From: Psammoneis japonica
Lineage: Eukaryota
Assembly (NCBI GenBank): GCA_008632985.1
Contig: QPGO01000019.1
Coordinates: 558,001-622,000 of the forward strand
Reading direction: 5' to 3'
DNA: 64,000 nucleotides
The position numbers and the translations under genes were made by a program. Within the stretch, counting starts at the first letter, position 1, and every line of letters begins with the position of its first letter. This document shows positions 26,114-38,125 of the stretch, piece after piece. Below the pieces are notes generated by a model. That model searched no databases. It was not told the origin of the DNA and was given only the letters and a program-made list of their open reading frames with translations.

Positions 26114-27400
26114 TGGCAAATTCTTCAGCTGCAAATGTGGGGGAATGGACATTGGGGTGCACAATGTGCCAAGCAGTCAACATCACCAGCTTCGAAGTGC
26201 AACAAATCCTGACAACCATCCAAGCCAATGCACCGTTTGACATCATGGTTGTGGATGTGTGGTCACCTGGACAGTCGGCAGCAAGCAAGAATGCAGTCAA
26301 TGCGTGGGCTGCCTGGACTCAATGACAGGATTTGAAAGCATCACATTTCTTGCCTCTTGCACCTCAGAAGTTGCAGCAAGAGCTGTGTTCCATGCATTCT
26401 TCATCCCCCACCATCTGCCAAGACTCATGCCAGTGGATGCAGGTGGATGGTTTGCTGGGCTGGTGCTGCAACTGTGTGGCCTGTTGGGTGCACAAGCGTG
26501 CCCAGTGACAAGAGAAAACCACAAGGCTGTTTTGTGTGAGAGAGGTTTTTTTTGACATCTGAACAAGACAGAGCACATGAAAACTGCAGACTGCCAACCC
26601 TTGCAAGAATGGACACTCAGAGCTGCATTCACGTCCCATGTGCGGAACAGTGCACCAGCAGAGAAGGCTTGAATGTTGTGAGAAGCAGAGCAGCAATGGG
26701 ACATGACATTTTCCTTTTCCTGTTGACACTTGCCAAGAAGCAACAGTTCCATGAGAGAATGCCAATCAGGGAGAGCAAGTCTTGAAACATGAGAGTGCAA
26801 CTTTCCCTTGCCTGGCAAAGCAGTGACTTGCATTGAAGTTGCTCACAGAAGACCTCAGAAACCACCACCGAACCCCAGCCAACAAGAAAGCAATGTTCAG
26901 GAAACAAGTCAGAAAACATTGTGAGAGCACAACAGAGATGAACCAACATGACCAATGGGAACTGCAAGATGGACTTGCTGGTGCATCTAGTGCCACTGAT
27001 TCTAGAGCTGGCAACGTGGATGCAGGTCGTGTGCGATGTCGAGCACCCAGCTCCACCCCTGCGACTCACAGAAAACCCAGAAAATGCTTGAGAAAGCATG
27101 TGAAGAAGAAAAAAAACCATCTTGAGTGCCACAGAATGCACTCACCAGAATGGGCATGGGAGCAAGCACTGCCTGCATGTGCACCACACTGAACAAGGTG
27201 CTGCACCAATGACAAGTCATGACAACCAAGTTTGCCCTGCACCTCCTGTGCTGCAGATGGTTCATCAATGATGTGTCTGGAGTGTGAGCCAGAAACAGCA
27301 AAGAGAAACTCAGGCATCCTCCAGTGGGTCCCCTGCTCACTCTCCACCTCTGCCACGAGACTCAAGAGATGCCCTGATCAAAGCCCATCTTGACCAACCA
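26114..27400 (+). mobile_element. Degenerate integrase fragment, probably Ty3/Gypsy
   Basis: WTLGCTMCQ (CxxC), PFDIMVVDVWSPG, LDSMTGF and FFIPHHLPRLMPVDAG resemble an rve core. Confidence 0.65.
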
Positions 27401-29072
27401 GAAGGACAGCAGGTCTCACTGTGCATTGAGCTGCTGTTGTTGGCCAATGGGGCACAGTCTTTAACTGCCATGGCAGGTTGTTGATTTGCAGATTTGTGAC
27501 AACATGCAAAATCCATGTGAATCACAACAGCGCACACTCTTGCTTTTCGATGTTTGGGGAGAGGGTGTGCTGTCATGAAGTGTGTGGAAAATTGCACATG
27601 TGAAAAAAAGGCTTGACATGCCACAGACTAACTGGCTGTGCAAATCTGGGAAGCATGAAGAACTGATAAAAATGAGGTTGGGTTGTGTCAGTGCACCAGG
27701 TGATTTGCTGCACACGTGCAAGGGACACACGCAGGTGCTGAGTGGGGAGGACAAAGTTAAAACCAAGTTCAAATTAATGACTGTCAAAAGTGAACCAAAC
27801 CATGTGTTGCAATAAAAAAAAGATGGCATTGCCAATTGAATTAAACATTGCACTCATTTGATTGAAGTTTGTGTCAGAAAAACTGATGAGACATCAGATG
27901 AAATGTGCAAAACAAGTGCATTTTGTTTGGTGTTGTTGCTGGCATTTTTCAAATTCAACTTGTTAACAATTTTGACAGTGCACATTAAAAAATTTACAAA
28001 GGAAAGTGGAAACCACTGCATTGCACCCTCTGATCATGTTGTGGTGTTGTCTGAACCAGTGCAAGCTTGTCCAGTTGCCTTTGTTGCTTGCTGCAAGGCA
28101 GCAGCATTGGCGGCACAGTCTGCAGACTTGCCAGCACCATTTGTGTCGGGTTTTGCTTAAAACAGCTGCCTTCAATGGAACCATTGGCTCATTGAGGTTG
28201 GTGGTTGGAGCAGCAAGTGAGGCAGCATGGCAGCCGCCGGTGGTGCAGGAGCAGCCATTTGGCACAAAGAGTTGGCAGCATTGGAGCAGACACACAGCCT
28301 GGGAGTTGGGAGTGTTGGAGCAGCCAGGTGGGTGGGGGTTGGCAGTGTTGATGCAGCAAGCCAGATGGCACGGCAGTTGGTGGCACTGCAGTGGCCAGTT
28401 GGTGCAGGGAATGGGTGTTGGAGCATGGCCAGGCGGCATGGGAGTTGGCGGTGCTGGAGCAGCCACATGGTGCAGGAGTTGGTGGCATTGGAGTGTGGCT
28501 GGGTGGTGTGGGATGAGTCGTCGGTGCTGGAGCGGCTCTGGTCAGCACAAAGAGTTGGTGGCATCGGAGCAGCTGTGCAGCATGGGAGCATGTGGCATTG
28601 GAGCAGCTGGGCGGTGTGGGTCAGCTGCAATGGAGCATGACAATGGACGATTGCCTCGCTCAAACGTTGCCGTTTTGATTACGCTGCGATGCACAATGTC
28701 AAAATCGCGTGAGCACGTGGTTGGAGTTGGAGCCGAAAAGCCTCTGAGCCAACAACAACAAAGAGCCAACAAAAGATCAAGGTGTGATGCACAGCTCCAG
28801 CATGTTAATGCGAGAGGATGCCATCAAGTCAGTTATCCTAAGTTTACTCATGTGTTAATCTGTTGCCACTGCGACATTTCTTTGGGTTGGCTTTTCCCTT
28901 CGCTCGCTAATAAAATACTGCCTTTTCTGTGAAATGGCAAAAGCCATCGCTCCTTGATGCAACCAACATGAAATAAATACTCTAATAAAACATGCATTTG
29001 CCATTTGCGTCCATCACATGTAAATCATATGCACCCTCCTCTTTGCTTCCTTAAAGATTCATGCAGAACCAG

Positions 29073-31553
29073 CTATCCCCAATAGCCATAACAGTCCTTG
29101 AGAGGTAATCCGTCATCCAAGTTGATGCTTGCTATGTATTTTTGAGTGGCAAGGTCATGGATTTGAACAGTGTGGCTCTTCATTGTCGTCAGTTGCCCCT
29201 TGTGAACCAAACTCCTTGCAGGGATGCGTGCGTTGTACCAGCAGTATGTCCGCCAGCTAATGATGCGGCTAGGTGCAACGTGCGATATGTTGAAAAGAGG
29301 CTCGATGCCATCGACGTCGACGCGGTACAAGCTAAAGCCGTCATAGTTGTGCCGATGTCCATAGAGGTAGATTTGAAGAGGGACAATTAGAACCTTTGAC
29401 CTCTGTAGGTAGCGAAAGGCAAGATGGTTCCTCTGTGCATCGCTGTACGAATAAGGAGCGTCCACTTTGTATCGCTGCACCAAACTCGGAGCAGTCAGAT
29501 CAGAAACATTGAACAAACTCACAAGGAAACCAGTGGTTCGACCAGTCTCTTCGTTTGCATCCTGTCCGATTCCGATGAGCATGTTGTCATCGACGGGGTG
29601 CAGATAGTTGGAGAAACCAGTTATCTTCAACTCGCCCTTGACTTCAGGGTTGGTAGGATCTTTCAAATCTACCGCATACAGTGGATCAACCTGGCGAAAA
29701 GTCACGACAAATGCCTTGTCGTCGAAGAACCTTACGGCATATATCCGTTCTCCCTTGCCAAGACCCTCCACAAACCCAACGCGTTTACCAAAGTTCTTTG
29801 AATCTCCTGATGGCTTGTTGAAGTCAAGAATGGATATCTGACTTGAAGAGTCACTGATGGTCGCCCACCTGCAGGGGAGAGTTGTTCTGGCACAGCTCCA
29901 TTGAGCACTGCTTGTCGTAGCCACTCGTAGATACCCGTCAAAGAAATCCATGGAGAACTGATTCAGAACATATCCGGCAACCTCCGCACCGCCTACTCCC
30001 TTGGCAGGACTTCCATCGTCTTGCAATTCAAATACATACAGGTAAGTGCGTTCTTTCCAGTTGCGCCAGTCATTGAACCACTGCCGCCAGCCTCGTCCAG
30101 CCACGACGAGGACATCTTGTGATACGTACACATCCACCGAGCTTGTTGGGAGAAAAGCATTCATCGACGAAAGAGTGATACTGTTGTCATCAAAGTCTTC
30201 ATCTATGTCGAAGCTTGTGACTTTGGTCAGAGTTGTAAGTATATCAACGTTGTGGTAAAAGCCGGGTACCTTGTCCTCGGTAGTGCTGCCCGTCGTCAAG
30301 GACGATATCTTCGCAAAGTTGCGGCAGTTTCCAGTGAAAACTAATTCTTCTTCAAGTTGTTTGATGACGGTGGGGATAAGGGCATTCGCTTTTGCCTTTG
30401 CAGCTCTTCGGTACGTCTCTGTGTCCATTCCTCTATAATCTTCTGCACATCTTTGAAGATACTGCGAATAATGTTGAAACCAGTTGAAATTGGACTTTGT
30501 AACAATGTGTCCAATAGCCGAGATGGACCGGGAAGCAATGTATCGCCCTTGCAAGTCCTGCTGTGCGAGCAATTTCATCTCTGGAACACCGGTCTTGTCA
30601 ACAACGCTTGGTTTCGTTTCAGACATGTCATAAACCCGCAGCTGCAGCTTCTCTCGTCCTACTAAAATCCTTGGGTCTATGAAACCGTAGCGGTAATAGC
30701 TCTGGTACCAACCGACAATCACTACCAATCGATTTTTGTGAAGAAGTAGCGCCTTGATCTGAGGCTTGGAAGTGTATGGCGGGTAGACGATCCTCACCTC
30801 ACGCCTAGTAGGGATGGGGGTCATGGTAGTACGAGTCAGCACCTTTCCCGTTTTAGCATCCCATTGATATAGGATGTCACCATACGCTGCACAAACAACT
30901 TCGCTATTGGACTTGACAATGTCTCCCTCATCCACACCTGCTTCTTGGTTGTTCGTTTCAAAGCTATCCTCTGGTTCTGCATTGCTTTTTGCAGTGGATT
31001 CTACTGCGGCAGGGGCTGGACCTTTACTTCTGAGAAATATTCCGGGATTGCAGCGATCATACCTTCCATCAAAGATTATGGAATTCGCTAGCGATTTCAA
31101 AGCATTTGTGATATCCGTTCTAAGAGCATTGCAGCTCTCGTATCCCTTGGCGTCTGATGCACTGAACGGTCGACGCTCTACGATGAACGGATCGGATCCT
31201 GATTCATCAGCGTTTCCTGATTCATCAACGTTTACATCGAACTTATTTTGGCATCTGTTTTCACAGTTACTTCTCTTTTCACCGCTCGGTTTGTTCTTTG
31301 TACACCAGGAAAAGCACCTCTCAATCTTCTTTTCCCTTGCTACTGCCAAGTTCCTCTTCGCCAGAGGTTGAAGATCTCCTAAACGATTGGATCTGGTTCT
31401 CAATAACCCAGCAGGCCTATGCTCGGAATGTAATTCTTTTGATTCCTCCTCGGCAAGACACAAGAAGCTCGTATGGTGAACGCCAAGCAAGTCCCGCAAG
31501 CTGGAACATGCCAGAGCGGTCAAAAAGAACACGACTCCAAAGGAACGCCGCAT
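29073..31553 (-). CDS. Secreted beta-propeller domain protein (Beta_propel / COG4880-like)
   Basis: 826 aa uninterrupted ORF with signal peptide and family motifs TNNQEAGVDEGDIVK, LNQFSMD, LRVATT, GERIYAVRF, VTFRQVDPL, GELKITGFSNYLHP. Confidence 0.9.
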   Translation of the reverse strand: MRRSFGVVFFLTALACSSLRDLLGVHHTSFLCLAEEESKELHSEHRPAGLLRTRSNRLGDLQPLAKRNLAVAREKKIERCFSWCTKNKPSGEKRSNCENRCQNKFDVNVDESGNADESGSDPFIVERRPFSASDAKGYESCNALRTDITNALKSLANSIIFDGRYDRCNPGIFLRSKGPAPAAVESTAKSNAEPEDSFETNNQEAGVDEGDIVKSNSEVVCAAYGDILYQWDAKTGKVLTRTTMTPIPTRREVRIVYPPYTSKPQIKALLLHKNRLVVIVGWYQSYYRYGFIDPRILVGREKLQLRVYDMSETKPSVVDKTGVPEMKLLAQQDLQGRYIASRSISAIGHIVTKSNFNWFQHYSQYLQRCAEDYRGMDTETYRRAAKAKANALIPTVIKQLEEELVFTGNCRNFAKISSLTTGSTTEDKVPGFYHNVDILTTLTKVTSFDIDEDFDDNSITLSSMNAFLPTSSVDVYVSQDVLVVAGRGWRQWFNDWRNWKERTYLYVFELQDDGSPAKGVGGAEVAGYVLNQFSMDFFDGYLRVATTSSAQWSCARTTLPCRWATISDSSSQISILDFNKPSGDSKNFGKRVGFVEGLGKGERIYAVRFFDDKAFVVTFRQVDPLYAVDLKDPTNPEVKGELKITGFSNYLHPVDDNMLIGIGQDANEETGRTTGFLVSLFNVSDLTAPSLVQRYKVDAPYSYSDAQRNHLAFRYLQRSKVLIVPLQIYLYGHRHNYDGFSLYRVDVDGIEPLFNISHVAPSRIISWRTYCWYNARIPARSLVHKGQLTTMKSHTVQIHDLATQKYIASINLDDGLPLKDCYGYWG

Positions 31554-33808
31554 GATTCCGGTTTCAAATTATGTCAAAAGCAGTGATTTAGATTGTTCTT
31601 TTTTCAACCGAAAAGCACGATCTGCGTGGCAAATGGGGACAAGCCTGTTTCTGTGTTATGGTCTCTTTACTTCGACTAACTTTCTTTACTTCGATTTGCT
31701 TTGGATTATAGACTACTCTTTTCGTGTGTGTTTTGTGAGATTGCGTCGTACAGTAAGATAAGTACCGTAGGGCCCTATGTACAGTACTGCAAGTACATAC
31801 ATAAAAATCTACTACTGTACTGTACAAGAATGCAAAACGCGACTTATAAATACTTTCTTTAGCGTTAAATAATGCAATTAATTAAGGGAAAATTGTTTAA
31901 CGAACGTGTTTTCTTTATGACTCTATGAATGACTTATGATCAATAAGTACTAAGGTTACATAAAAGGAGGGTAGAACGACTTTTCTGATCGATGACCACC
32001 ATGATGTCTGATGTTTTCGCTTGCGGTCGGACAATTGGATTATTACAGTACTGTGGCAACCGGCCACAAAACCCAAATGGCTCGAGTCAATGGATCGCGA
32101 ACGGTCCAGAAAATGCATGCATCGGGGAAAAGAACGTCACATGAAGAATTTTCAAGCGGTGCGAGACGCCTGTTGGTCAGCTCAAGAAGCACCGCCAGAG
32201 GACGATACGAGAAAAAAATCGTTTAATGTTGAGTTCGACACCTCTATGTCGTTTGCATTCGCAAAGATTCAAAGTGGACGTTGCCTGAACTGGGCAAAAA
32301 CACTTTTTGTTGTGAGGGGTGCCGCCGGAGAGGACGTACAGAAGGAGCTCCGTGTTTCAACAACCAGGAACGCGCTGCCAATCAATACTTTGTTCAACAC
32401 CCTGGTTGTAAATGGACCAAGCTCCCGTCTCGTCAGTACAATGTGGCTGGATTCTGGATCAAGGTGCAGAACCTGCAGGAACAGAGTGCCCGCATCATGG
32501 CCCATTCCTGAGTTTCGTACTCCCTCTCCACCTCTCTCGTGATTTTTTGCAATTCTTCTGGCCCAGAACCGGTGAGCGTAGATGGCAAATATAACAGCTA
32601 GACTGAGCCGTATTTTGAACAATCACGAGAATTCCCTCGTCCCACAGTAATCGAGCAATTATGGAATGGGCCCCGACGGTGTGTAGACATCGTAGAGTGG
32701 GGTGTTTCTTGCACGAATTTGAGAGAAGCGCTCAGGCGTAGACCCTCGGGTAGCCTTGGAAAGCAATGGATAGGTCGAATGGGTAGAGGCTTACGGAGAA
32801 TGTAGACGACTTCTATGATGCCCATCTCTAAACTAGAGATACAAGGTGTCAAAACCCCCTCTGGAAAGTAGGTAGACGACTCTCTATAGAGCTTGAAGCT
32901 TAACGCAGATGATATAGTTCGGTGTTTATGATAGAGTAGGACGCCACCACTGAATCGTGAATGACAGCTGTCTATTTCGTGTCAATTATTTGTGACACAA
33001 ACACCATTCGAGCCACCCACTTCTTGAGAGGAAAAACACCACCATAATTCATCGACCGCTTGCACCAGTTTAGATCTTTCTGCTGCTTGACGGTCAGTCG
33101 ACGCATTCGCAAAAGACAACCTTGTGTGCACCAGACGGTCATACTTCTTGACAGAATAAATGTAAGCAAGGACAACCTCAACATCATATAACTTTCCATC
33201 TTGCATGTGATTGCTTGGAACGGATATATCCGTACCGGTATGGACCAAATGCCATCGTCATACCCACACGTACCACGCTTCTTATGCCATCCAGTGACGG
33301 TCTTTTCATTCACGATTCCGAGTGACGTTGCGATGCAAGTGAATGGTAGATTGTTTGTGAAGCTTGCAGTCAAGTTGTACTCGAAGCGCAATCCTTACAA
33401 GCATTCTCCGATTCCTTGTACAGTATGGAATGTAAGGATTGTATGACTCTCAATCATCGGGATACACAGGCTTTTCATTAACAGAAATAAACTCAGCAGT
33501 TAGAATCTGAATAGCGCATGTTCAATAATAGAGTGAAAAGGGCAAATTCTTTGAACTTACGCAAGTCTTGAGGCTGCCACATGTCACTTTGTAATATTGT
33601 TGAAGCTCTAGCAATGGGCCAACAAGAGGAAAAAATCGACCAACCTCTCCTGCAATGAGTTTTGAGGTCGCTTCTGGAAAACAAAGCACGTTTGGGACAT
33701 CCTCTTGGGAATGCTGATGCGGATTCTGGATGGATGGAGGATGGAGAGCAAGTCTTATTCGCACATCCAACATGGCACGACTCACTCCTGCCTCGCCTTC
33801 TGGGTTAA

Positions 33809-34306
33809 GGATGGATCTACGTGCTGCGGTCTGTTTTTTGGGAGCTCGTAATTTTTATAAAATAACCCGGATGCATCGTAGTAAATGCGCGCGCGTTCGC
33901 AAAAAAAAATTTCAGCGATCGGTCGAACTTTGTCCGTTCGCCAGACACCCTAGAATGCTTAAACGACAGGTATGACCATGCGCGACTTTTACCTTAACGA
34001 CTGTAGATATGTCTATAGCCAGTCAAATACCACTTATCGGCATTTCCCAGAAAGTTACCGCTAATCTCCCATAAGAAGCCCAATTTTAGCGAAAATTAGC
34101 GGTTTTTTCGACCTGACAACAGGGCATAGCCGATAAGTGACATTTGAAGCGCTAAATGTGCAGCTCTTATAGCCGTCTAACAGCCCCTATGAGGGTTTGA
34201 CGAACGCATAAGTGTTCGGGGGTGTTCCGAGGCAGGTCAAAATAACACGGTGAAGTGCGGGAAATGCGAGCTATTTTAAATTAGACCGCAGCACGTAGAT
34301 CCATCC
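33809..34306. mobile_element. 498-bp non-autonomous DNA transposon (MITE) flanked by TTAA
   Basis: Perfect 24-bp TIR GGATGGATCTACGTGCTGCGGTCT; TTAA at 33805-33808 and 34307-34310; internal inverted motifs cacttatcggc/gccgataagtg. Confidence 0.9.
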
Positions 34307-34314
34307 TTAAATGA

Positions 34315-34650
34315 TGAGCGCGAACTTTCTCCATTCTATCTACTCCATGCGCGCCGTTGCAAATAATAACTCGCATCTGTATACCGGTATTTACATTGAA
34401 AACATCGTTTCATTATACATTTAAATTTCAAATAGATCATATACCGTACCGTAGTCTCTACTCTCTAGGCCTCTAGAGTAGGACTCGCCTTCTTTGTTCG
34501 TGTTGCACAGGCGAAATTGAGCGCGAACTTTCTATTCAACCGATGCGCGCCCGATGTAAATAAAAGTATCTGTATAGGGCCCTACCGCTATTTACTGTAC
34601 ATTGAAAACTCCGTTTCTCTACACACTGTACATGCTCATTTTCAAATCGA
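34315..34650 (+). repeat. Diverged ~130-bp direct repeat upstream of the secreted protein gene
   Basis: tgagcgcgaactttct..atgcgcgcc..atctgtata..tacattgaaaac..atttcaaat at ~34315 and ~34518. Confidence 0.7.
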
Positions 34651-34859
34651 AATTCAAATTTCGGCGGCAACCAACTTGGCGCCACCAAAATGTGCACATA
34701 CGACTCACTTAGGGCCCTACTGTACTCAAACCAAAACTCTGGAGATGCCGGTACGACTCACTCAAACCAAAACTCTGGACAGCGACAACAACACGACTCT
34801 CACAATTCCGATTTCATTGACAAAAGGAAGAGTTGATTGACATTGCATCGCAGATTACC

Positions 34860-36710
34860 ATGAAGTTCCATCTTAGTTTTGTGTCATCCTTGTGTTTTCT
34901 CCTTGCTGCCGCCGGAGTCGTCCATGGCCAGCCACTTTCATCGAGATTGCGACACCGCAGAGCACGCTCCTCGACTCCTCTTGCAAGCAGCAGGAGCGTC
35001 CGGTCTAGGTCAGTTGCAATTGAAAGCGGTCCCAGCACTGCTCAGTCCAGTCTGACAGCTGCATCTGCACCCGCTGCTAGCAGGAGCATTCGGTCTGCCA
35101 GTGGAAGTGGTCACACTGCTCCTTCTAGTCCGGCCGCTGCTCCTGCTTCCGCCACTTCCCGGTCCAAAACAGTTTCATCGACTCATCCGAAAGTTGCCGC
35201 CATTGATGTAGACATCAGCTGCGCTGTCGAATCTGACTCCTTTGACGGTGTGTTGTCTGGAACCGACTGTCAAGATGTCCCCCCTCTTGTCGACACTCAG
35301 TGTGTGCCTGGTGATCAACTCGATTTCCTCGGATTCCGGTACAACTACAGGACCTGTGACACGAGTGATAACAGCCAACCAGGCTCATGCAACGACGTGA
35401 CCGAAAATGCAGGCGCGTGTGCCGCAGCTGCAGCTGCATTGGAAGGGGTTGACATTGTGTGCATCGGTTCTGGCGGCGAAGACTTGATTGTCATCACGGG
35501 TGCAAAACCTCTAACTCCAGCTAGTTTCTTTGGCGTACTTCGCGATTCTCAATCCCCTTTGCCTGACAACTTCACGTGTGAAATCGCTCTTCCGACTGGT
35601 GAACAATGTCAGACCGTGACAATTGACACCACTGGAGATGCTGGAGCCCTTGATCTGGCAGATACGTTTGGAAGTCTCAGACTGGAGAACTGCGGAGGGA
35701 ATCCCACCACGAGTTGCGAACTTATGGTAAACTACAATTATACCATTGAAAACACTGGCGACACGGCGTTAAACATCACCACTCTTGAAAATTTTCGAAG
35801 CCGATTCAATTCTACAAAGAATTTTTCTTTGGATTTGATAAATTTTCTCAATCCCACATTAATAATTCAACCTGGAGAGACAGCTCTTGTTACAACCCCT
35901 GGTGGATTTGACCGCTGCCAAAGCCAGTGTGTCGGGAACAGCATCCTTGTTGAAGCAGACACAGTTCCCATGGGCGAGACAGTCCGCGACCGTGATGAAT
36001 ACGAGATTTGTGTCGAATTCGATCCGAAGGTACGTAATGAGCAACAGTTGATATGAAACAGCATTTATTTGATCCGACCATTATGACATCATGCTAACGA
36101 AGCGTTATTTCAGACTCCCAGTCCAACCGTAACTCCCAGTCTGACAGCTGCGCCGGCACCCACTTCTCCCAGTCCAACGGTTTCATCCACCATGTCTCCA
36201 ACTGCAGCTCCCAGTCCAACCATTTCACCGACAATGAACAACAAAGTCGCGCCTTGTCCCAGCAGCTCGTCGTCATCGTCGTCGAGTTACCATTGTAAAC
36301 ACAGCAGCTCGTCGTCCGACAGATCACCGCCTTCTAGCTCCAGCAGCAGCAGCTCGAGCTCTAGCAGTTCTGGCTCTAGCAGCAGCTCCAGCAGTTCCAG
36401 CTCTAGCAGCAGCTCCAGCAGTTCTAGCTCTAGCAGCAGCTCCAGCAGTTCTAGCTCCAGCAGCAGCAGCTCTAGCAGCAGCTCTAGCTCTGGCAGCAGC
36501 TCCAGCAGCAGCAGGAGCAGTCCCAGCTCCAGCAGCAGCAGGAGCAGTCCTAGCTCTAGCAGCAGCAAGAGCAAGAGCGGTTCCGTTGGTTCAAGTGCCA
36601 ACAGCCGGGGCTCAAGCAAAAGCAAAAGTGCTTCAAGCACCAAGAGCGGAAGTCACTCCAGCAAGAAGAGTAGTTCGAGCACGAAGACCGGAAGCAGTTC
36701 AAGCGGTTAA
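34860..36710 (+). CDS. Secreted Cys-rich protein with Pro/Thr linker and poly-Ser tail; two exons (34860-36029, 36114-36710)
   Basis: Signal peptide MKFHLSFVSSLCFLLAAAG. An 84-bp phase-0 intron GTACGT..CTAAC..TTTCAG joins ORF 34833 in frame to ORF 36192. Confidence 0.8.
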
Positions 36711-36885
36711 AGCAAAAATATAATGGCGATTAGCGCAACCCACACAGCAGTAGAAGAATATACGTTTTTCCTTTCAAAACCGTCCACAGTTAGCAAAGTT
36801 GTTTCTTCTCTTTTCCACACCAGTGGTGTCTTTGTAGATCATGTTGCAGATCAGATCTTTACCGGTGCTCGAGTCAATGCGAAGG

Positions 36886-37270
36886 TTCAAAATTTCAACA
36901 AAGGGATTCTTTTCAATGGAAATACAAAGCATCGCCGGATCATCCTTCTTTGATCATATCCTTCTTTAGACATATGGCGCTTGGAGTTGGGATTCTTTTC
37001 AATGGAAACAAAGCAACGCCGGATCATCCTTCTTTGATCATATCCTTCTTTAGACATATGGCGCTTGGAGTTGGGATTCTTTTCAATGGAAACAAAGCAA
37101 CGCCGGATCATCCTTCTTTGATCATATCCTTCTTTGGACATCTGGCGCTTGGAGTTGAGGGTATCGAATCACTGAGAAGGTTTACCCTGACATTTTTCAC
37201 TCGTTCAAAATTTCAACAAAGGGATTTCTTCTTCTCAATAAAAACACTGATGGATCATCCTTCTTTGTTC
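36886..37270. repeat. ~84-bp tandem repeat, three copies plus a degenerate one
   Basis: gggattcttttcaatggaaa at 36903, 36989 and 37073. Confidence 0.9.
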
Positions 37271-38125
37271 ATCTGGCTCGGAGATTAGGGTAAAATGGAG
37301 CAAGGAACTAGGTGTGACTTGCAAGATGGTGTGGATCTATCTAAAATATCAAATATCCTGAGTTGGACAACTCCTTTTTCTGTGAAATAAAATTTCATGA
37401 CAGGGATTTCTCGGTGAATGTTGGTGATACGGGCTTGTTGGGACCCTCCAGATGCCTACCGGTATGCAGATTTCTTTGTTCATCCGGCTTGGAGTTTAGG
37501 GTAAAATGGAGCAAGGAACTGGGTGTGAACTGAAAGATGGACCTGAACAATTTTCCACGTGAATCTTTATAAAATATCTGAAGTTGGACAATTTACTCTC
37601 TGTGAAATAAAATTTCATGACAGGGATTCTCGGTGAATATTGGTGATACGGGCTTGTTGGGACCCTCCAGATGCCTATGCAGAGTTCTTTGTTCATCATG
37701 GCTTGAAGTATAGGGTAAAATGGAGCAAGGAACTGGGTGTGAACTGAAAGACGGACCTGAACAATTTTCCACATGAATCTATCTAAAATATCTTGAGTTG
37801 GACAATTTACTCCTTTTTCTGTGAAATTAAATTTCATGACAGGGATTTCTCGGTGAATGTTGGTGATACGGGCTTGTTGGGACCCTCCAGATGCCTATGC
37901 AGAGTTCTTTGTTCATCTGGATTAGAGTTTAGGGTAAAATGGAGCAAGGAACTGGGTGTGAACTGCAAGATGAACGTGAACAATTTTCCACGTGAATCTA
38001 TCTAAAATATCTTGAGTTGGACAATTTACTCCTTTTTGTCTGTGAAATAAAATTTCATGACAGGGATTTCTCGGTGAATGTTGGTGATACGGGCTTGTTG
38101 GGACCCTCCAGATGCCTATGCAGAG
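37260..38125. repeat. ~210-219-bp tandem repeat, four copies
   Basis: tagggtaaaatggagcaaggaact at about 37287, 37497, 37711 and 37930. Confidence 0.9.

Noticed and set aside
19562..26117. Target-site duplication for Copia-2 (acagc versus atggc)
   Set aside because: Compatible with a converted 5-mer, but the LTR ends are too decayed to place exactly.
13090..28900. Classical RIP or CpG decay alone as the explanation
   Set aside because: RIP would create TA, and CpG decay cannot turn Tyr into Cys or His. CpG decay is present but is an additional process.
31900..33700. Short ORFs (32021-32542, 32972-33391)
   Set aside because: No recognisable motifs; possibly decayed gene fragments.
36886..38125. 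CRISPR-like array
   Set aside because: Whole units repeat, there are no unique spacers or cas genes, and the context is eukaryotic.
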